This document shows, in pieces, positions 55,946 through 64,000 of a stretch of 64,000 nucleotides of DNA. Source of the stretch: the human T2T-CHM13v2.0 reference genome, Homo sapiens. Below the pieces are notes generated by a model that saw nothing but the letters and a program-made list of their open reading frames with translations, searched no databases and was not told where the DNA came from. How positions within the stretch are numbered: position 1 is the stretch's first letter; each line of letters starts with the position of its first letter. A program made the position numbers and the translations under genes. The stretch is taken from NCBI RefSeq assembly GCF_009914755.1, contig NC_060926.1; one strand, given 5' to 3'.

Positions 55946-57099
55946 TTCAGCAAATAAACACAGTATTGTTGTAGACATTAAACAATATTGATTTTTTAAA
56001 CTTGAAAAAACCCCTGTATTCAAAATGCTAGTTCTTATAAAACAAGAAATATCTAGGCCTGAAATTTTAATAAGATAAAGAAATATTGATTTGCCAAGAA
56101 GGAAAATTATGCTTTTATCTGAAAAAAAAGTGATTTTTTTAAAAGGTAATAGGACTTTTGTAATCTAGTCCAAGTTCCTTATTTCCAGAAAGTAAAAATA
56201 ATTTGCTCAAAATGTTGGCTCATGAGCATGAGATACACTGTGAGAGAATTTCTTTTCTGCAACTATTCATGATTGGAGATGTAGGGAAAATCTAAGCATA
56301 AAATAATAACTGTGAGAATGAGACTGTTTCTTACATAAACCTCTCCATCCAAGTGGGACCCGCAGACAACTCACAACAGGCAACTTGAAGGGAAGCCCTG
56401 GCAGATAAGGAAAGCCATTTGGGTGATGGTTACTGTCAATTGACTGATTTGTATTTGCAGGTCACATGCCTGCAAACCATGTAGCTACCACTAAGGTAAC
56501 AGTGGTGGTGCCTCCATTATCAGCAAAATTCAAACAACTATTAATTAATAGTTGAATTTTGAATAGTTGTTTGAATTAACAACTAAAAATTTTCAAGTAG
56601 TAGCCAGAGGACCTTTCAACTCCTGGAGAGCTTTTTCTTGTGGTCTCTTTATTGAAACAACAAAACATAACAAAATAATTAATCTCTAATTGCCGTCATA
56701 AAGTTCTGAGGTATTTCTATAAAGAACTGCACTTCCAAAGTCCATGAAGAAAATCTTTCATTACTTTCTAGACACAGTTACTATACAGATAGGAGAATAG
56801 TTTAAAATGGTGCTTTCCAAACTGATATTTCGCAGAATACCAGTTCTGATGGGTATTTAAGAAATCTTTGGAAAGAAGTGTCCTAGACTCAAAATACACA
56901 TATGAAATGCTGGGTTAAACAATGTAGTATAATTTCAATGCAGGTCTTCTCAGAGACTTTTCTGTGATTAATGTGCTTTGTGTGAAGGGTTTCCTGGTTG
57001 ATTCAAACAACAGAACATTTTTCTTGTGAGTGCTTCCCCCACAATGTGATTTTTTAACACGCAAACTTTTACAAAATAACACAATATTATTCCCACTAA

Positions 57100-57570
57100 G
57101 CTTTTTTTTATTGTGGTAAAGTATACATGACATAAAATTTACCATTTTAGCCATTTTTAAGTGGACAGGTGAGTGGCATTGAGTACATTCACATTGTTGT
57201 GCAACCATCACTATCATCCGTCTCTAGAACTTGTTTCACCTTTCCAAATTTATACTCTGTACCCATTAAATGATAACTTCCAATTCCCTCCTCCCCCTAT
57301 CCCCTGGCGACCATCATTCTACTTTCTGTCTCTATGAATTTTACCACTCTATAGAGTCATGCAGTATTTGTCCTTTTTTGTGACTGACTTCTTTCACTTA
57401 GCGTAAAGCCCTCAAGGTTCATCCATATTGTAGCACGTGTCAGAACTTTCTTCCTTTTTAAGATTGAATAATCTATCATTGGATAGACCATATTCTGTTC
57501 AGCCGTGCATCTGTGATGGGCACATTGGTTGCTTCCACTTTTGGGTATTGTGGAAAATGCTGCCATAAGT
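57100..57570 (-). mobile_element. L1MB-like 3' end
   Basis: ATAAAATTTACCATTTTAGCCATTTTTAAGTG..ATTCACATTGTTGTGCAACCATCAC. Confidence 0.8.
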
Positions 57571-58415
57571 CACTAAGTTTTATTTACTATAAATTTGACT
57601 CTGGCCCTATTCAAGAAGTTTAAAAAACTTAGTCCAAAACTTTCCTTTTACCCACAAAATCCTTTCTGATGAATAAGAATTTTTGGCTCTGACTAAGGCA
57701 CTTAAAAGCTTTAGACAGCCTGGTATCATGATTTTTTATAGGCACTCTGTCTCACTCTTTCAAGGGAAGCATTTGGCAGCCTCGTAGAACTTTCCAGAGA
57801 GCACACATAGCTGTCTGACTATTTCCACTCCTCATGCTCAGCTTTGTCCTCTTCTGTAACAAGAAATCATTTCTACCACAGGACTTCACTCACATGAGTC
57901 CGTAGAAGCTCTCATGTGGGCACCAGGCAAGAAGCTACGTGACTTAACCTTAAGAATCTGTTTGTTTTTTTCTAATTGGAAGAAGATATTCTCCTATCAA
58001 AAGAAAGGGCCTTTCATCAAGTATTTAAGACCCTAGTATCTTTACTAGGCTGAAATTTTATTGCTCTCCATCAGAATTCTTTTAAGAATTAAAGAACAAA
58101 GAGGAGGTACTGTGCTTTCTTTTAAGTCAGAGAAGCACGAATTGACGTGACCTCGTGTACAGTGAGAAGAGTGTGCAGGGATGCTTTTAGAAATTAAAAG
58201 GCAACCACATTGGCCAGTCAGACAACATGGGGTGGATGACAAGAGTCTAAGAAATGCCAGAGGAAAAGCTTTTCCTCTGGCTTCTGGAAAGTCAAGTTAT
58301 TGACAATTTTCAAGTGGATAAGAAGAATATTAAGAAGGTGAAATATCTGTTCTACATGCAAGACACAAGGCTTTACAATACATTATCTTCTACTTAACCC
58401 CTTCCTTCTCTGTTA

Positions 58416-58469
58416 ACTGCATTTATTCTGGCCCAAGTTTTTGACTGCATTGATTCTGGCCCAAGTTTT
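58416..58469. repeat. 28-bp tandem duplication
   Basis: ACTGCATTKATTCTGGCCCAAGTTTT x2. Confidence 0.9.
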
Positions 58470-59614
58470 CCAGGCCATCCCAATTGCCCTATCCTTTGAG
58501 ATTTAAACAAAAGTGGATTAAATGACTCTGTCATGCATATGACAAGCTCTCTCCACCCTTCTTTCACTATGATTGCTAGGAATTCTTAGAGACTTATGTT
58601 AATATTTCTCCTGGTCATCACTTGGTTCAACTTTCTCCTGTCACAGAATTCTTGTTCTCTGCTGTATCTTCCCTCTTGCAGCTCTTTTCTTCTCTACCTT
58701 ACATAAACCCAAACCTGGAGCACTCAGTCCCTTTTTGAAAACATTTTCCCAAGCATCATTCATACATGGAGATATGAAGAGTAGGGATGTAGTGAAGATC
58801 TTGGAATACTAGCAGAGAAGTCACAGTCCTGAGAAACTCCCCAAGATTGAATATAGAACTTCTCATCTGCCTTCTCTTCTCTGTTTTGTGCATCTTGCTA
58901 GGACCTCTTCCCAACACACCCTCTATTTTTTCCTTAGGTTATTCCTTGTGTCTTTGGTGAGGGGAGGAAGATGGAAGGAATCATGAGGCAGGGTGGGGTT
59001 GGAGAGGTGCTGTCCTCACCTCGTCTGCTTCGAAGTTGCCCTTGAACACTCAAAATTTTGCTTTCGTTATTTGTGAAGAATGATTTAGTCTTCTTTGACT
59101 GATGCCAACCAATCTAGGAAATTCTCCGAGGGCTACTCTTTCATGTCAGAAAATAGCACAGCCGGATGCTTTGTTAAATACAGCCTCTTCTTAAAGACGT
59201 AGAGTTTATTTCTTGTTTATCAATATTAAGCCTAGTCTTCCTGACTAGAGCTCACCTTAGCTCAGCTGTTGCACACTTTTCTGAAGATAATGAGTGTTAA
59301 ACAGAAATTAGGCCAAAGTTCTGTTTGAGGAGAAAACTCTTCAGATTGAGTCTCTTGTTGGCAGATTACTTAGGAAGGCGTAATCAGTGTTCACATTGCA
59401 ATTTACCCCCTTGCCTGCCTGCACCTCCATGTTTAGGATCAGAAGGGAAAATGATCTGCTTTGAAAGCACAGAAAAAGAGGAGCCCAGAGACACCATTTT
59501 GGAAAATGCATTCAAGCACTGTCCAGGGGAGAGGGTGCCCAGGACCCTTGGTTAATCTGGTCCAGGGGGCAAGTCCTTCCCTGTGGTGGCTCTTCTTTTG
59601 CTTCCGTTGCCTAC

Positions 59615-59968
59615 TGATATGGTTTGGCTGTGTCCCCACCCAAATCTCAATTTGAATTGTATCTCTCAGAATTCCCATGTGTGGTGGGAGGGACCCAGGG
59701 AGAGGTAATTGAATCATGGGGGCAGGTCTTTCCCATGCTACTTTCATAATAGTGAATAAGTCTCATGAGATCTGATGGGTTTATCAGAGGTTTCTGCTTT
59801 TGCTTCCTCCTCATTTTCTCTTGCTCCCACCATGTTAGAAGTGCCTTTCACCTCCTGCCATGATTTTGAGGCCTTCCCAGCCATGTGGAACTGTAAGTCC
59901 AATTAAACCTCTTTTTCTTCCCAGTCTCAGGTATGTCTTTATTAGCATCATGAAAACAGACTAATACA
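59615..59968 (+). mobile_element. THE1 solo LTR
   Basis: TGATATGGTTTGGCTGTGTCCCCACCCAAATCTC..CTAATACA; perfect TSD CCTAC. Confidence 0.93.
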
Positions 59969-60619
59969 CCTACTCAATGAGAATCCTTTGAAAAATTGAG
60001 TTCTCATGTGTCTCGATCACAAATCAGCAAAAGTGCTGGTCAGGCCAATATGCTTCTAGTCTTCCTCATAACACATTCCTCATTGTAAATAATTAAAACA
60101 GCATTTGGGTTTTATAAATCTTCTTCTTGATAGCTCTGTTAGCATTACTGAGCATCTAACCCCTATCATCTCTAGTATATTGGGTCCTAAGATCGCAAGC
60201 CAAGGGCCTTTACTGGAACTCAGTGTATTCACCAAGGTAAATGTCACTTGGCAATGTGAGGCTTCTTCATGATGGGTCAATTGGCCTTTCCCAGGCAACA
60301 ACTCTTATGTCTTTTTATGGGTTCCATTCTTCGGTTCAGAAAGTAGAAACTACTTTGAGAATTTTAAGCAGGAAGGGACTTAATTCAGAGAATTAGATAT
60401 TTTCAAAATCATTGTAGGGGCTTAAGGATCAGGTTCTAGACTGGTCCTCCTGGAATAATCCCCAGGAGTATAGAACTCATCCATCATGGAAACGACTCCT
60501 TTGAGACTGTCACTGTAGCTATAGATACAAAAAGTCACTGCCTTGCTTGCTGCCTCTCATGCCTAGGAAATTGGACAGTGGACACCCCAGGCTGTAATTA
60601 AGATTAGAAGTCACAGAGG

Positions 60620-62340
60620 AGGTAGCATGGGGCAGGATGTCAAAGTAGAAGGCGCCATCAATCATGCTCCCAGAAGGACACCAATTTAACAACTATCTAC
60701 ACACCAAAGAAGTACGTTCATGAGAATCAAAACACAGGTGAGCACTCATAGTATCTGGTTTTAACTTTGCATCACTGAAAGAGGTATCGAAGAGGTAGGA
60801 AAAGCAGTACTGAATCACCAATGCCACCCCTTCCCCATATCCAGCAGTGACAGCATGATGCAGAGAGCGATTCTATGTTGGGAAGAAGGAGAGTGCAGCA
60901 TTTGTGAGACATTGAACTCAGTTCTGCCCTGTTATAGCAGAAAGCAAAATTGGACCAAACTCAGCTGACACCCACCCATGGAGTGAACATTCCTAGCCAG
61001 AGAGGAATCACCAATCTCAGTGGTCAGAACTTGAGTTCCCACAAGCCTTTCCATCATGATCTAAAGTGCTCTGGGGCCCTAAATTAACTTGGATGGCAAT
61101 CTAGGCCACAAAGTCTGAACCTTCTAGGTGAGTCCTAGTGCTGAACTAGGTCCAGTGCCTGTGTACTGGGTAGGGGAGGAGTGGGAACATGACCTACTGA
61201 GACATCAGCTAGAGTGGCTAAGGGAGTGGCATCACCCCTTTCCTAACCCCAGGCTGCACAGCTCATGGCTCCAAAAGAGCTCCCTTCCTTCTGCTTGAGG
61301 AGAGGAGAGGTAAGAGTGGGGAGGTCTTTGTTTTGCACATTGGATACCAGCTCAGCCACAGCAGGATTACGGCATTGGTCAGAGGCATGAGACACCCTTT
61401 CCAGGTCCTAGCTCTCAGATGATATTTCTACACATACCCTACACCAGAAAGGGACCTACTGCCTTGAAGAGAAGGACCTACTTCTGGCAGGATTCATCAC
61501 CTGCTAACTGAAGAAGCCTTGGGCCCTGAATAACCACCAGCAATACCCAGGTAGTACATCGTGGGCCTTGGGTGAGACTCTGAGACTAGCTGGATTCAGG
61601 TGAGACTCAGCACATTCTGAGCTGTAGTGGCCATGGGGCGAGACTCCTTCTGCTTGAGAAAAGTGGAGGGAAAAATAAAGGGAGCTCTGTCTTTCACCTC
61701 AGGTACCAGCTAGGCCATAGGTGCGTAGAGCACCAAGCAGGCTCTTGGAGCCCCCAATTCCAGGACCTAGGACTTGGATGGCATTTCTGGATCTGCTCTG
61801 GGGCAGAGTGGAACCCACTGCCCTGAACAGTGAGTCCCAGGCGAGGCATCATTCACCACAAGCTGACTGAAGAGCCATAGGGTCTTTAAGGAACATAGGT
61901 GGTAGTCTGGTAGCACTCTCAGTGTGTCTGTGTTGGTGGTGGCCATGGGATGAGGCTCCTCTGCCTTTGGAAAGGGGAGGGAAGAGTGGGAAGAACTATA
62001 TGTTGTGGTTTGGGGGACAGCTCAATCAGAGTACAACAGAACACTAGATAGACTTCTAAAGTTGTTGACCTGGCTTCCAGATGGCACCTCTGGACTTGCC
62101 TGAGGCCTGGGGTAACATGTCATCCTGGAGGGAAGGACACAGGCCTGGATGGCTTTGCCACCTGCTGATCACAGAGCCCTAAGGCATTGAGCAAGCATAG
62201 GCAGTAATGAGGTAATGATTACAATAGGCCTTGGGTGAGACCTAATGCTGTATTGGCTTGAGGTCAGAACCAGCACTGTCCTAGTGGTGGTGGCCATAGG
62301 GGTGCTTATGTCACCCTGCACCCAGCTTCGGGGTGGGGGG

Positions 62341-62382
<42 letters not shown>

Positions 62383-64000
62383 AAGGAAAGAAAGAAAGAA
62401 AAGAAAGAGAGAGAGAGAGAAGAAAGAAAGAAAAGAAAGAAAGAAAGAAAGAAAAAAGAAAGAAAGAAAGAAAAAAGAAAGAAAGAAAGAGAAAGAAAAA
62501 AGAAAGAAAGAAAAAGAAAGACTCCATTTGTTTGGGAGAAAGTAAAGGAAGAAAACAAGAGTCTATGTCTGGTAATCCAGGGAATACTTCTGGATCTTTT
62601 ACAAGACCATCAAGGTAGTACCTCTATGAGTCTGCAAGAACCACAGCATTACTGGGCTTGGGATGTCTCCTAAAGCAGATATAGCTCAGATCACAACACA
62701 CAAGTCTTTTTGAATATCTGGAAAGCCTTCCCAAGAAGAATGGGTACAAACAAGCCCAGACAGCAAAGACTGCAATGAATACCCAGTAATTCTTCAATAC
62801 CCAGACACAGATGAACATCTACAAGTCTCAAGACCTTGCAGGAAAACATGATCTCACCAAATGAACTAAATAAGGCACCAGGGACAATCTTGGAGAAACA
62901 GAGATAAGTTATCTTTCAGATAGAGAGTTCTAGATAATTGTTTTCAGGAAACTCAAAGAAATTCAAAACAATACAGGGAAATAATTGAGAATTCTATCTG
63001 ATAAATTTAACAAAATAAAGCAGAAATTCTGGAGTTGAAAAATAAATTGACACATGGAAAAATGCATCAAAGTTTTTAAATAGCAGAACTGATCAAGCAA
63101 AAGAAAGAATTAGTGAGCTTGAAGACAGGCTATTTGAAAATATATGGTCAAAGGAGACAAAAGAAAAAAGAATGAAAAACAGTGACACACATCTGCAGCA
63201 TGTAGAAAATAGCCTCAAAAGGGTAAATCTAAGAATTATTGGCCTTAAAGAGGAGATATAGAAAGAAACAGAGGTATAAAGTTTATTTAAAGGGATAATA
63301 ATGTAGAATTTCCCAAACCCAGAGAAATACATCAACATTCAAGCAGAAGAAGGTTATAAAATATTAAGCAGATTTAATCCAAAGAAGACTACCTTAAGCC
63401 ATCTAATAATTAAATTCCCAAAGGTCAAGGATAAAGAAAGGATCCTAAAAGCGCCAAAAGTAAAGAAATACATAACATACAATGGAGCTTGAATACATTC
63501 AGAGCAGACTTTTTAGTGGAAACCTTACAGGCCAGGAGAGCATGGCATGACATATTTAAAGGGCTGAAGGAAAAAACTTTTATTCTAGAATAGTACATAT
63601 AGGGAAAATATCCTTCAAATATAAAGAAGAAATAAAGATATTCCCAGACAAACAAAAGCTGAAGGATTTCATCAACACCAGACACACCCTGTAAGAAATG
63701 CTACAGGGAGTACTTCAATTAGGAAGAAAAGGAGATTAATGAGCAATAAAAAATCATTTGAAGATACAAACTCACTGGTAATAGTAAGTACACAGAAAAA
63801 CACTGAATATTATAACACTGTAACTATAGGTTGTAAACTACTCTTGTCCTAACTAGAAAGACTAATCATGCACCAATCAAAAATCATAACTATAACAACT
63901 TTTCAGGACATAGACAATACCTTAAGATATAAACAAAAACAATGGAAACTTGAAAAACAGGGGGACAAAGTTAAGATGTAGAGTTTTTACTAGTTTTCTT
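60620..64000 (+). mobile_element. L1M 5' UTR plus degenerate ORF1, running off the window
   Basis: Repetitive long 5' UTR; ORF1 remnants (DQAKERISELEDR near 63091; ETLQARR near 63519). Confidence 0.8.
62335..62521. repeat. G-run/(GA)n/(GAAA)n polypurine tract
   Basis: About 187 nt of purines with a single C. Confidence 0.97.

Noticed and set aside
62169-62673. K/E/R-rich and F/S/L-rich ORFs
   Set aside because: Translations of the purine microsatellite

Overview
Primate (human-type) genomic DNA carrying the 5' end of XDH (xanthine dehydrogenase/oxidoreductase) on the minus strand. The promoter and TSS lie near 25.44 kb, and coding exons 1-6 (aa 1-165, both 2Fe-2S subdomains) lie between 25360 and 8364. 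Exon 7 is off the left edge. The ~38 kb to the right is repeat-dense upstream DNA (L1, L2, Alu, MIR, MaLR/ERV LTRs, MITEs, microsatellites) with no other gene I can support. Main observations: (1) introns 2 and 3 are consecutive U12-type (minor spliceosome) introns, and exons 2-4 form an in-frame 264-nt cassette holding all four Fe/S-II ligands. (2) A tailless Alu without a TSD bridges a large L1 deletion and itself contains a 187-bp inverted, 98%-identical copy of unique DNA from 9 kb away. (3) An apparent orphan retrocopy (TSD + poly(A) + AATAAA, non-TE body) sits at 34.15-34.56 kb. (4) A twin-primed L1PA keeps open ORF2 frames. (5) There is a STAT/BCL6 motif cluster around exon 6 and a D-box in the promoter. 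Repeat subfamily names and the boundaries of old repeats are by-eye estimates from remembered consensus sequences.
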